The translations under genes were made by a program, and so were the position numbers. A stretch of 64,000 nucleotides of DNA from Takifugu flavidus (lineage: Eukaryota): contig NC_079534.1 in the NCBI RefSeq assembly GCF_003711565.1, forward strand, positions 9,589,991 through 9,653,990. Direction: 5' to 3'. The notes beneath the pieces are model-generated. The model was not told the origin of the DNA. It searched no databases and saw only the letters and a program-made list of their open reading frames with translations. This document shows positions 24,943 through 37,670 of the stretch, piece by piece (positions within the stretch are counted from its first letter, which is position 1; each line of letters begins with the position of its first letter).

Positions 24943-27049
24943 CGCCCACCACCAGATAAGGACAGGATACAGCTAGATGAATGCAACCGCGTTCAATTGA
25001 GTTCTCGGTATGCCTCCAAGGTTTCCTGGAGCTGCTTTCTCCTATATGTGATCCTAAATGCGAGTCATTCCCGGAATAGCCGATCTCGGATGAAATTCCA
25101 GTAAAGATTCTACGCTGTTTTCACACGACGACGGCTGGCTCTTGCTCGAATAATTCCAACTTTTTCAACTTTCAGGCTTTACAGGAGAAGTCATATCTGT
25201 CTTTTCGGTTCCAGTAGGTCGAGAATCGTTGACTTCCCTCTGACTTTTCCGCCGTCTGCACAGCTCCTTCATCATGCCCGGTCAAGACGGAGAGAAGGGG
25301 GTAAGTTTAAATATTCAAATATTTTTTTCTTGTCCTTTACCCTTAATTGCCTTTGGGTGGGTTCCTAGCTCCAGTTGGTCCGTTACTCTTTCTCCATAGG
25401 ACCTTTTGGCTGTCAGTCATGAAGTCCCCCCACTCCCAGCCTGCTTCCTCTCCCCTCTTCCCCTCTTGCGGTTTCTCCATGAATCGCTCCAATCTCTCTC
25501 CGTCTCGCGTTTTATTTGTATTATCTGTTCATCAGTTGCTTATTCTTTATCTGTTCTTGACGGGGAGTTAGTTCATCTTCATAACTTTTTTTTTGCATTG
25601 ATTACTTATAACATTTTAGAAGTCAATCACACGTGTTTTTAATTCATTCAGAAGCACAAAGTTATGGGAACTAGTTTCTCGTCATCTAAGTCTGCCATTG
25701 TAGACCAGCAGGTCTGTGACATTCACATTGGAAACATAAGAGGGCCCATTTCCTGTGGCGATGTACTTAACAGCCCCCCTTTTTTGGAAGTCACTTTTTC
25801 CTCTCCTCCCATTTTCCATGTTTTATAACCCCAATCCTCCTTCCTCTTTTCTCCTGACCAACTCCTCAATGTTCTACCTTCTCTTCAATCTTGTTTCCCT
25901 CCCCTTCCTCTCAACCACAGATCTGTTTCTCATTATCCTCTGTAGTCTGCTCTCTGTCTGAGTCAGGAGATGAAAAACTTCAATAAACATACACTCTCTG
26001 GCAGTCTTTATCCTGGTCAAGCACCATGTCGCACAGCCTCCCTTGCTCTTTCTACCTTACTCCTTCATCCTACTTTTATTCTCACAGTGGAATTTACTGA
26101 CAGGGCAAGGCAGTTCTCTAACTGTCCCCTTTACCGTCTTGAGATCAATAGTCAAACCCCGGTTTGATCACAAAATGCTGCAGTGTGGTTGGGGAGAGAA
26201 CAAAGATCTGTATACTGACTGAAGATAAAAGTCAACCTGATACAACCTGATCTGATAACCAATATTTAACAACTATATTGTGTTTAGAACTATGGGGTTA
26301 GTTACAGCTATTTAAAAGTATTTCTTCTTCTCAGTTTGACCCCCTTTGTTTTAGTTGACATATTCAGATTTTCTGTAACATTCATGAAGCAGTAGCAAGC
26401 AGCCACAAATATCATGTGTGTTTAGAATGTGAAGCATACCTTGAAGACTCCTGTACACATATACCACACATATACCAGTTATAGTAGATACAAGAAGTTT
26501 AATGTTATAAACTGAGCCACCACTGCATGAGGCGTATTTGCTGAAACTGTAGTTTATAGGGTAGCTAAAAAGAAAAACTTGGTTTTTTATTACCACACTA
26601 AGTCCTGATACAGGCAAAAGACAGCTTCATTTTCCATGTGATTTACAAATCTGAACACATTTGGTCAGGCTGTGCTTCAAAGAAAAGCCACATTTATATG
26701 CATGCAAGGTTGGTAATCTTCTGTAGCGGCAATACTTCAAAATAAAAGTGAACTCATAAAAATCCAGTCTGGGAGAGTGAGATGAGGTAATCTCATATGA
26801 ATATGCTGCCACCCAGTGGTAAAAACCAAAACACATTCATTTCCCTCCAAAGTCAGCTCTGTTTTACAAAATGTAATGAAGATGTGGATCTAAGAAAACA
26901 AAAAAATTAGAGATGAGACCAAAATGAAGCGTGTTATGTTTGTTGTGATAGGCCCTCATCAGTCCAGTGATATTTGCACTAGTCCTAGTGGAGCAACTCA
27001 GTATGGATTTAGAGACAGTGAAGAAATAGTGTAGCTTCAGCTAGCGGTC

Positions 27050-30000
27050 CCCCGGCAGCAGCCGGCTAGCCAGGACGGCTGGGTGACGGTTCGCAGGAAG
27101 CGTAGCCCAAACCAAAGGCCCACGGTGAACCACCAACCGCTTCCCCTGGCTAACCGTTTTTCCCCACTCGGCGACACACCCGCTGAGAAACCGACCCTCG
27201 CAATTGGGGATTCTGTTTTGTGCTACGTGAAGACGACTCCAGCGACCATAGTCAAGTGCATTCCGGGGGCCATAGCGGGATAGAAGCAAATTTATGGCTT
27301 CTAGCGAGACGTAAACGTAAGTTATTATTCACGTCGGAGCCAACGACATCCGGCTTCGTCAGTCGGAGGTCACCAAAATTAACATAGAGTCGTTGTGCAA
27401 CTACACAAAAACGATGTCGGAGTCCAAAGCATTCTCTGGTTCCCTCCCCAATCTGGCCAACGATGAAATGTTTAGTCGCATGTCGTCGCTTCCTCACTGG
27501 CTGTCATGGTGGTGCCTCGAAAACCAGGTGGCCTTTATAGACAATTGGAGCACTTTTTGGGGAAAACCTGGTCTGATTAGGAGAGATGGTGCCTCTCTCA
27601 TTTCTAGTAATTTGGCTAATTTTATTAGACCCAAAGTGACCTGACAATCCAGGGTCCAGACCAGGATGCAGAGTTGTAGTCTTACACACCTCTCTGCTGC
27701 TTCCATAGAACCCTCATCCACCAACAATAACATATTTAACACGATAGAGGTAGTCTCTGTTCCACGGTTAAAAGTTCACCAAGCACAGAGCAGGGGAGCG
27801 GTCAATCACCATAATCTTATTAAAATTAATACTAAAGCACAAGTTGGAGAAACTAATATCACAATTAAGTGTGGACTGGTAAATATTAGATCTCTTTTGT
27901 GTAAATCCCTGTTAGTGCACGACCTGATAGCAGATCATCACATTGATTTATTTTGTCTTACTGAGACCTGGCTTCAGGAGGAGGAGTATGTTAGCTTAAA
28001 TGAATCTACTCCTCCTACCCATCTTATCATATTCCTCGTGTTACTGGTCGAGGAGGGGGAGTGGCAGCAATCTATCACTCCAAGGTATAAGTTAATCCTA
28101 GAGCAAAACATGGCTCCAGTTCATTTGAAAGCCTGACTCTCGGCATCACCCATCTGAGCTGGAAGACAGAAAAGCCACTTCTGTTTGTAGTTGTATATCG
28201 GCCCCCTGCTGGGCCACATTCAGCGTTCCTGTCTGAGTTCTCTGATTTCTTATCTGACTTGGTCCTTAGAACAAACAAAGTCATTATTATTGGAGACTTT
28301 AATATCCATCTAGACGTAAATGACAGCTTTAGACATGGCTTCATTTCATTACTTGAGTCAGTTGGTTTCCTCCAGCAGATAAACCAACCAACTCATAACT
28401 TCAACCACACCCTAGATCTAGTTGTGACTTATGGTGTTGAGGTAGAACATGTGTCAGTGTTCCCTCAGAACCCACTCCAGTCAGACCATTCTTTGATCAC
28501 TTTTACATTTTTGATTAAGAATTCTTCTATGCTCAGAGCACAGTCTTACTATAGCAGATGTCTTTCAGATAATGCTGTAGCTAAGTTTAAGGAAGCGATC
28601 CCTCTGCTAATCCCAGGACCACTGTGTGTTTCCCCAGGGATCAATCATTATAATTTTAGCCCTACTGAGGTTGACTCTATTGCTGAAGGTGCAGCAACCT
28701 CACTGAGAATCACGCTTGATTCTGTTGCCCCCCTGAAAAAGAAAATAGTCAATCAGAGGAGGTGTGCCCCCTGGTATAATTCACATATCAGGACCCTCAA
28801 GCAGAAAGTGCGCAGACTAGAAAGGAAGTGGCATTCTTGTAAAATAGACAGCTATCCTGTAGCCTGGAAAGACTGTCTATTAGTTTACAAAAAGGCCCCC
28901 CTCAAGGCTAGAACAGCTTATTTTTCTTCTTTAATTGAGGATAATAAGAACAACCCCAGGTTTCTTTTCAGCACTGGCCAAATTAACCAAGAGTCACAGT
29001 GTTTTAGATCCACGTATCCCTTCTTCCCTTAGTGGTGAAGACTTCATGAGCTTCTTCACTGATAAAGTTCTAGCCATTAGAGAAAAAGCTAACCAGGCCA
29101 TCCCAACAACTGGACCATCACCATAGTACATAGTGGGTACATACAGGTTCTCCAACGAGCCCTTAAACTCCTTCACCCCTATATATTTTTCTGAGGCGTC
29201 TTCGCTAATTCAGAAATCCATGACCACCAAGTGTCTTTTAGATCCCATCCCAACACACCTGTTGAAGGATGTTTTACCAGTGATAGGCAGATCTGTCCTG
29301 GACCAGATCAATTGTTCTTTAGTGACAGGGTATGTACCCCGGTCCTACAAGGTGGCAGTGATTAAGCCGTTGCTTAAAAAACCATCACTGGATCCCGATG
29401 TGTTAGCAAATTACAGGCCGATATCCAACCTTCCTTTTATCTCTAAAATTCTTGAGAAGGTTGTGGTGACTCAGTTACTGTAGCACCTGCAGAGAAACAG
29501 CCTGTTTGAGATTTTTCAGTCAGGCTTTAGAGCTCATCACAGCAAAAAAACAGCACTTCTTAAAGTTACTAATGATCTTCTTATAGCTTCAGATCATGGA
29601 CTGGTCTCTATGCTGGTTCTGCTGGACCTCAGTGCTGCTTTTGATACAGTTGATCACAGCATCCTGTTACATAGACTGGAACATGTGATTGGGATTAAAG
29701 GGACAGCACTAGACTGGTTTAGATCATATTTATCTGATAGATACCAGTTTGCTCATGTCCATGGTGTTCCCTCCTCATACAGTAGGGTTAGCCATGGAGT
29801 TCCTCAATGTTCTGTACTTGGACCAATCCTCTTCACATTGTACATGCTTCCCTTAGGGAACATTATTCGGCAGCATGGGATAAATTTTCATTGTTATGCT
29901 GATGACACTCAGCTTTATTTATCCATGAAACCAGAGGAGACAGAGAAGTTAGTGAAGCTTCAGACCTGTCTTAAAGACATAAAGTCCTGGATGTCTTCAA

Positions 30001-30540
30001 ATTTCCTCCTCCTTAACTCAGGATAAACTGAGGTCATGGTGTTTGGTCCTGAACCTCTCAGGGATAGATTAGATCATATGATCACTCTAGATGGTATCTC
30101 ATTAACATCTAGTCTCTGTGTGAGGAATCTTGGAGTAACTTTTGATCAAAACCTCTCCTTCAACTCACACATTAAAACAGTCTCTAGAAGTGCCTTTTTT
30201 CACTTGAGAAACATCACAAAGATCAGGAAGCTACTGACGCGACATGATGCTGAAAAGTTAGTCCATGCATTTGTTACTTCCAGGCGGGACTATTGTAATT
30301 CTTTATTATCAGGGTGTTCAAACAACCTTTTAAGAAGCCTCCAGCTGATCCAAAATGCTGCAGCCAGAGTTCTGACAGGTATTGACAAAAGAGATCACAT
30401 TACTACATCACTACTTTTAAGATTAGGCTTAAAACCTACCTCTTTGAAAAAGCTTATTGTTACTAATTCTGTAGTTCCAGTTACTATTATAGACAGACAA
30501 ATTATCATACTTATGTGGTCGTCTAATCATTAGGTTAACA
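27050..30540 (+). mobile_element. Non-LTR retrotransposon (LINE) copy, degenerate; AP-endonuclease plus reverse transcriptase
   Basis: Five consecutive frame-shifted ORFs carry endonuclease motifs (LTETWL, IIIGDFNIHLD) and reverse-transcriptase motifs (VLLDLSAAFDTVDH, QGSVLGPILF, YADDTQLY, FHLRNITKIR). Confidence 0.85.
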
Positions 30541-30671
30541 TCTTAGTTATGTTGTGATAGGCCAAGGCTGCCGGGGTCCGGAAACATGATCACCTGACAG
30601 GCCTTTGTCACCCCATTGGGTCATGGTTTCCTCTCCTCTCCTCTCCTTTCCTCCTCCTCATCAAGCAGACT

Positions 30672-31066
30672 CACTCACTCTCTCACTCACTCATTTTCTA
30701 CCGCTTGTTCCTCCACTGAGGGTCGCGGGGGGGCTGGAGCCTATCCCAGCACAATGGGCGGAGGCAGGGTACACCCTGGACTGGACGCCAGTCAATCGCA
30801 GGGCTAACACATATAGACAGACAACCATTCACTCTCACACTCACACCTACGGGCAATTTAGAGTTTCCAATAAGCCTAATCCCCAATCATGCATGTCTTT
30901 GGACTGTGGGAGGAAGCCGGAGTACCCGGAGAGAACCCACGCAGGCACAGGGAGAACATGCAAACTCCACACAGAAAGTCCCCAGCCTCAGTGCCAACCG
31001 GGGATCGAACCCGGGGCCTTCTTGCTGTGAGGCAACAGTGCTAACCACCACACCACCGTGCCGCCC
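30672..31066 (-). mobile_element. tRNA-derived SINE insertion with intact 13-bp target-site duplication
   Basis: On the minus strand it opens with a tRNA-like head (gggcggcacggtggtgtggtggttagcactgttgcctcacagcaagaaggccccgggttcgatccccgg) and ends in a (gagtga)n-like tail. It is flanked by direct repeats catcaagcagact at 30659-30671 and 31067-31079. Confidence 0.8.
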
Positions 31067-31227
31067 CATCAAGCAGACTAGTTATCCTAATTCTTGTGTA
31101 GTTTTTCTGCTTCTCCATCCCCCCCCCTTCTGTATTCATTGACAGGTAGCTGCATGATGACCTCCGGCCCCGCTGACCCACTGTATAAATAGTGTATTTT
31201 TGTATGTGTTTCTGTGCTCTGTGCCCA

Positions 31228-31380
31228 TCCTCTCCTCTCCTCTCCTCTCCTCTCCTCTCCTCTCCTCTCCTCTCCTCTCCCTCTCCCTCTCCTTTTCCTT
31301 CTCCTTCTCCCTCTCCTTCTCCCTCTCCTCTCCTCTCCTCTCCTCTCCTCTCCTCTCCTCTCCTCTCCTCTCCTCACCTC
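31228..31380. repeat. (CCTCT)n/(CTCCCT)n simple repeat
   Basis: Pentamer array. It is the reverse complement of the (GGAGA)n array that follows the repeat copy at 45.96 kb. Confidence 0.9.
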
Positions 31381-31560
31381 TCCTCTCTCTCTACCCAGCC
31401 GGCCATCAGCAGGAGGGTCCCCCTACATGAGCCTGGTCCTGCTCAAGGTTTCTTCCTGTTAAAGGGGAGTTTTTCCTTGCCACTGTTGCTTGTCCGGGGT
31501 TAGGCCCTGGGACTCTGGAAAGTGTCTTGAAACAATTTTGATTGTAAAAGACGCTATATA
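31380..31560 (-). repeat. Interspersed repeat family B, copy 1 (inverted relative to the copy at 31860)
   Basis: Reverse complement of ...cccagggcctgacccc.caagcaac..tgg.aggaaaaact.ccctttaacag.aagaaaccttgagcaggaccaggctcatgtagggggacc.tcctgctgatggcc... Confidence 0.7.
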
Positions 31561-31859
31561 AATAAAGATTGATTTGAACAGGAGGAGACCTTGAGCAGGA
31601 ACAGTCTCATAACAGGGGACCCTGATGACAAACAAACAAACAAACAAGCAAGCAATTTTAATCTTAATTTTAAAAGATGAGAGGGAGTTTAGGGTTATTG
31701 GGGTGATGCCTCTCTGGATAGGATGCAGGTGGAGTTGGAGGACACGCCCCACCAGACAGAAGAGGAATCCCAAGCCCAGCAATGCCAATAAGCGGTGCTT
31801 AAGGAGGCACATTGTTGCCAGACCTACTGTAGGTGCTCAAGGCCAGGGTATTGCTCCTT

Positions 31860-32100
31860 AAGAGGACCATGAGACAGGAATGTCTGGCAATTCAATTCAG
31901 TTCATTTTTATTTATATAGCAACTGTTACGATCAAAATTGTCTCTGGGGAATCCCAGGGCCTGACCCCCAACAAGCAACAATGGTAGGAAAAACTACCCT
32001 TTAACAGAAAGAAACCTTGAGCAGGACCAGGCTCATGTAGGGGGACCTTCCTGCTGATGGCCTACTGGGCAGAGATGGAGGTGAAGGGGGGGACAGGTAG
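31860..32100 (+). repeat. Interspersed repeat family B, copy 2
   Basis: ttcatttttatttatatagcaactgttacgatcaaaattgtctctggggaatcccagggcctgacccccaacaagcaac...ctgctgatggcc, followed by G/A-rich sequence. Confidence 0.7.
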
Positions 32101-33183
32101 AAGAGAATAGACATAAATTATGGAAATACATTAATTAGATGACACAATGGGTTTAGTTTGTCAGCATTTTTTGCCATGGTTAAAGTTATCTGATTTGCCC
32201 CTGAAATCAAATAATTGTGTTCATATCTCAGAATTTATGATAAAACAGTGTTTTTCGCTCTCAGAGAAAGCCAAAAACTGCAGTGCAGAGGATGTGTTTG
32301 GATCACTAAAATGTGTGAAAAGCAGTGTTTTTTCCACTTAGAGAAGACTACAAACAGAGGTGTTGATGACCAAAACACTTCAGTGGCTGCAGCACCTAAA
32401 ATGTGATGTTTCCACATGTCATTATCATGTATTAGAGGTTGTTCCTTCCAACAGGAGTTAAATTCATCAATCAGCAATGTTCCTAGCACAGAACCACATC
32501 ATGCGGAATGATGATAATGGACTTTGTCCTATGTGAAACCCAATTCACACTTTTCAGTACTCTTGTGAATTTGGAGACCAATATTAATATTGTCAGGCTA
32601 ATCAGTATTTCCAGTGTGCAATATTAATATTTGAGATCATTATCCTAAATTTCCAAACAAACATATCACATATGCTGGAGCAAAAGGTTGCTGTAACTTT
32701 GATTTAGGCATGCAATTGTAATCGGTATGGTGCTAGGTGTGTGAGTGTGTATGAGTGCGTTCTGCAAGTTGCCGCTTGTACACTCTTCATCCTTTACATG
32801 GAGCTTGTGCAAGAATTTGAATCACCTAGTCATCTACCGTTCCTTGAAATTACTCAACAATTGACGTATGCTGTAACAAGGGCCCCAGGATATATAAAAT
32901 GGAATTTTTCGGTGTGACGCTTACATTGGTAGGGAATAATACATTCGTCTAATAAAAATATATGGTTGCAAATAGTGTTGTATTGTGTCGTATGTCAAAC
33001 TGCACAATTTGAATAGATCCCAACTTAACAGGGTACTTTGTTTAACATTAATAGACTCTGTTTTGGGAATGGGGGGGATTGCAGGACACACCCTCTTAAG
33101 CACAGCATGTTAGAGCCTGTGTGACAGAATGTTCCTCGGTTTATTATGGTCTGTAGAGTGAGAGTGAGACGGCAGCAAGAAAA

Positions 33184-33227
33184 ATGAATATGACACACGC
33201 CATGGAGAAACATCACATCCTGAAAAG
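33184..33227 (+). CDS. Putative first coding exon of the ltb4r-like GPCR (MNMTHAMEKHHILK)
   Basis: ATG followed by donor AAAG|GTAAAT. The phase (2) matches the acceptor at 34609. No in-frame ATG exists between the upstream stop and TM1 in the next exon. Speculative. Confidence 0.3.
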
Positions 33228-34609
33228 GTAAATTTTCTTTTTTTGAGCTATTCATAAAGTCCTAATATTTATCTTAAGCCTTCGTTATGATTGCCAGCCA
33301 TTGTTAAATCTTATAATGTAAGTTTAAATTCCTGCTGTAGTAAAGTTACCAGTATATTAAATATGACATCTATGTTGAGCAGCAAGCACACAATTCTAAT
33401 TCCTATTTTTATGCTTCTCTCCAAGTGACAAATCTATTTTACAAAATGTTTTATCATTACTTTTGTACACTGATGCCTTTATGGTTCTATTAATGATCAG
33501 GGTGTGCTATGGAAATTTGTTATTTTCCATGTGCTGCAGTACGTAATGGAATTTAGTCTTTAAGTCTTAAAGTTCTTAAAGTTTAAAGATAAAACATTAC
33601 AGAATTATATCTTGTTCATCATAAACATCAGATATCTTGACTTCAGCCCATGTTAGTACAGTTGTTAGTGAGACTGCATTTTTAACTCATACTGTGTTTT
33701 GTTGTTTTTCTGGTTGAAATTGTTAATGACAAATTACATCTTGCTAAAGTTTGGACTAAACCATATAACAGTAACTGAAAATATCATTTTCTTAGAAGAT
33801 TTTTTAAGTGTTTAAATGGGAAAAAAGAAGTATTTGACTTTCGATTTTAGAAATCACCCATGAGAAAAATTGTCCATGATTGACCATGACAGCATCAATA
33901 TCTTTCTTAGACATGACATGTTGCTTCTGTAGTGAAGTAAATCTGGCCACATTGTTTACAGGGTCACTTGATTATATAGCCATCAGGGGAAAATAAAGCA
34001 CTCAAGTTTGACCACAATACAAATATTAGGGCTCCATTTGGGCTTATCAGGAAATGCATACTTAATAGAAAATGTAGTTTCTCAAACATCAAGTCTCTGA
34101 ATCAATTGAATTTTGTCTCTCTCACTTATAGTAAAATGCTCATAATATTAGTATAGTCTCAATGAATGAACTGCTGTGTGTTGTTTTCATGTCAGAATAG
34201 AGAGGCTTGACAAATGTAAACAGGAAATCAAACCAGAAGAAAACAATAAATTAAAGATTGTTCACTAGAGTCCAGCTGAATATTATTTACAAATGTCTGT
34301 GAGATTGTGAATATTTTAAGGTATAGAGTAGTTCCAAATAGTTCTTCAGTCTGGTTAGTAACATTGTTAATGTAATAAATAAATAAATACTGTCATCGTG
34401 TTCAAAGCCAATGAAGTCTCTGCTGCAGTGTTACTGCAGATATTTTACAAACTTGATCCATTATACAAAATAAAATTGCATTATAGATAATACCGTAAAA
34501 GTATACAGTTTTTTAATGTGTTTCTTTCAATCAGGTTAGTAACATTCTTAGTCTGACAATAAGATACCTAAGACGCCTTAATTCTTTAACATTTCCATGT
34601 CATCCTCAG

Positions 34610-35201
34610 GATCAACCATTCTGCTAGCACGGACAACTTGAAAATTTCTCATTTACTTTTAAATGAGACAAACATTGAGGAAGAGAGTGTTGTGAGCAAT
34701 GACTTCTCCACAACCTTAGGTGCCCTCATCCTCAGCTTGGTCTTCCTTCTGGGTGTCCCTGGCAACCTTTTCATTGTCTGGAGCATCCTGGCACGTATCC
34801 GCCAACGCTCAGTAACCACCCTTCTCATCCTCAACTTGGCGTGTGCTGATGGACTCTTAATGGCCCTGACCATCTTCTTCATTGTCTATCTAGCCAACCA
34901 GACATGGTTATTTGGTGACATCATGTGCAAAGGTCTCTTCTATCTGTGCAACTCCAACATGTATGCTTCTATCTTCTTGATCACACTGATGAGCATGCAC
35001 AGGATGGTGGTCTTGGTGTTGCCCAGGAAAATATCTTCTATTGTCACCAGTAAATTCATGAAGAGGACCATCATATGCATGTGGGTGCTGGTGATGATGA
35101 TTTCTATCCCATCCGCTGCCTTTCGAGAAGTAAGAGAGGATATTGATGACAGAAATAAAATAAGACTTGTCTGTGCTCCCAATCACACACTGCCACAACA
35201 T
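34610..35201 (+). CDS. ltb4r: ltb4r-like class-A GPCR, exon encoding N-terminus and TM1-TM4 (NHS/NET glycosylation sites; LNLACAD; MYASIFLITLMSMHR; ...CAPNHTLPQH)
   Basis: Acceptor tgtcatcctcag at 34609, donor CAT|GTAAGT at 35202. Similar to leukotriene-B4 receptor BLT1 (MYASVLLITAMSLDR). Confidence 0.75.
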
Positions 35202-37087
35202 GTAAGTAGGCCACTATTTTCTAATTCATCATATTTCTTATTATATTTATTTCTTATTCAGAAGTACATATTTAATAATACCCATCATCCAAGGGGCTTC
35301 TTCAATTCCCTCTGACTGGTAGAGTTGTGTGTGTGTATGGGCATTGTTAAGAGTTGAAGGTTTAATACGCGAGTCATTGGGATAGTTAGTCATCTAGGTC
35401 ACATGGAGCCAGGTATGGATGTGTGTTGGGGCACTGAGAACTGTGTGGCAGAGTTTGAGCCTTATGCCACCTCCTCTGTTTAGAAACTATTTTTCTTGCC
35501 TGACAAAGATGACTTAATTTCTGGCCAAAATCTGAACATTCACCTGGGACAGGTAGGTCAAAACCAAAACCAGGGAAATGGGGGCCTTCACTGATCATAT
35601 CACAGGGGGACCATAACAGCAAGTTTCCCATGAAGAGGTCAAACTGAAAACAGTTTAAGACTTTGCAGTCCACACTGAATCCAATCTCTCAACCTGAAAA
35701 TTTGCATAAACCCCACACGGAGTTAAACACCCACTCTGTTCCACACCACCCACTTTAAAGGATAGGGGTAAACACCAAGCACAGGATATACCCACAAATA
35801 CAGAGGGACAATTAACGGAGCAGAAACACACTAGGGATGCTGTGAAAATGTGTGGATATCCAAACTGGGGTTTTAATTAAATCCAGCAAAAGAAATAAAA
35901 TCTGTGTAGAAAAACCTGGACAGAGCAAAATTTTTCATCCTCTACATTTCATTACTTTTCAACAAACACCACTTGTTCACTTTAAATATAGGAACAGGTT
36001 AAGGCAGAAAAGAGTCCTCCCAAAAGACAAAACACAAGAAGAGCAATGTGGTCTATTCAGTCAGGTGTGGTAAAGATTGCACAGTACCAGTATATGGGAT
36101 CGATTTGGGGAACTCTTCAGGCCAGGACTCAGCAGTAGAGGGACACCTCAAGGTCACGGGCCAATCTTTGAAAGAAACGAGTAGTCAGAGCTTCACCAGA
36201 GCAGGCCGGTGGTTTAAAAGAACCAAAGAAAGCATTCTTGACAGACTGGGAAAGCACAAGATTTTAAGGCACTAAGAACTTAGGCCTACAAAACCCAGAT
36301 TTCCCAATGCCATTTACACCTGTCAGCACGGCCCAGATGACCCACAAGTCAAGAACATGCTGGAAAATGTTTTCTTTCATTCGGGTCATCTTGAAATATA
36401 TCAACTTGAATTCCTCAAAGTTATTTGAAGATGTTTTGCCTCTTATCCAAGAGGATTCTTCAATTCTGAGAACTTTTAAGATGAAAAGAAGGTACTATTG
36501 ACAATGGCCCCATAGCAGTTCCAGGGACTCATGCATGATATCTTCAACTCTTAGTCCCACCTACCATTGTTTTTTCCTTAGAAGTATATAACTCTCTACC
36601 AGTCAGATAGAACTAAAATAGCCTCTTAAGTGAATTTTTACAAATGGATGTAGCCCAGTCGAAAGCACCCAAGCAGCAACTGATGGTGGCATTAGTAAAA
36701 CTTTTTACTCATGTCATGGAACATCTGTTGTGGGTTTCTCATACGACAAATTCTATATTAACATAAAATGAACTGTTTTCTAACTTTGTATGAAACAAAT
36801 TAAAACAACTTTTTGTTATTTTTAAATACAGAAAATGAATAAATTGTCCAGTAATGTCCAGGTCAATCAAAAGCTCTTTCATCAACACAGCAAGTTACTA
36901 ACTACAAAGCAAACAATCAGAAACTGAAGCTGCTGTAGTGAACTGGCAATCAGAGAGAAACTCTGACTATTCATTTTTTTCATGTCACATATGCTGTGGT
37001 GGTGCTGTATAGTCGAAAAAGTGATAACATTACAGGCGATACTTCTCTTATGGCATTTGAAAGGACCTGTTTTGTATCTTTGTGCAG

Positions 37088-37288
37088 GTGAGGTTTCAGT
37101 ACACCTTTGAGACAGTATCAGGATTCATTATTCCTTATGCTGTCATTATAATGTGCTATGTGCTCATCCTGAGACGCCTGAGGCAGACCAAGTTCCAAAG
37201 AAAGGTCCACAGTGAGAAACTCATCTTGGCCATAGTGGTGACATTTGGCATTTTCTGGCTACCATACCATGTTATCAATATGTTACAG
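37088..37288 (+). CDS. ltb4r: ltb4r-like GPCR exon encoding TM5-TM6 (VRFQYTFETVSGFIIPYAVIIMCYVLILRRL...FGIFWLPYHVINMLQ)
   Basis: Acceptor tgtgcag at 37087 (alternative acceptor at 37099), donor CAG|GTATGT at 37289. Matches BLT1 FHLIFEAVTGFLLPF...FWLPYHVVNL. Confidence 0.75.
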
Positions 37289-37670
37289 GTATGTACGGGG
37301 TTGTTCTAGGCTTGTTTCTCTGAAATCTCCAATTCTGCTTTCACACAAAAAAGAAATTTTGAAAGATGTTTATTAATTCCATTTTCTTTTTTTTTGGGGG
37401 GGGGGAAAGGTGGCAGCTGAGTGGTACCCAGAGGATTCACCCACAAGAGAAATGTAAGAAAGGGTTGCAATACCTTCTCATTCAAAAATCACAAGACAAT
37501 CTTCAACACTGAGGATTTTACCATGTTTACTTTTTTCTGATGGTGAAATTAGTCATATGTTTTAATCACTTCATATCAGAAGAAGTAATTTTTCTCCATC
37601 ATTTTAGAACATCATAATCAGAAATTTTGACATCTGTTAAAAATTAAAAATGCTGGTTTTGTTTTGGCAG

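Noticed and set aside
31087-31503. ORFs encoding RRGEE repeats or poly-SPLLS
   Set aside because: Artefacts of the (CCTCT)n/(GGAGA)n simple repeat.
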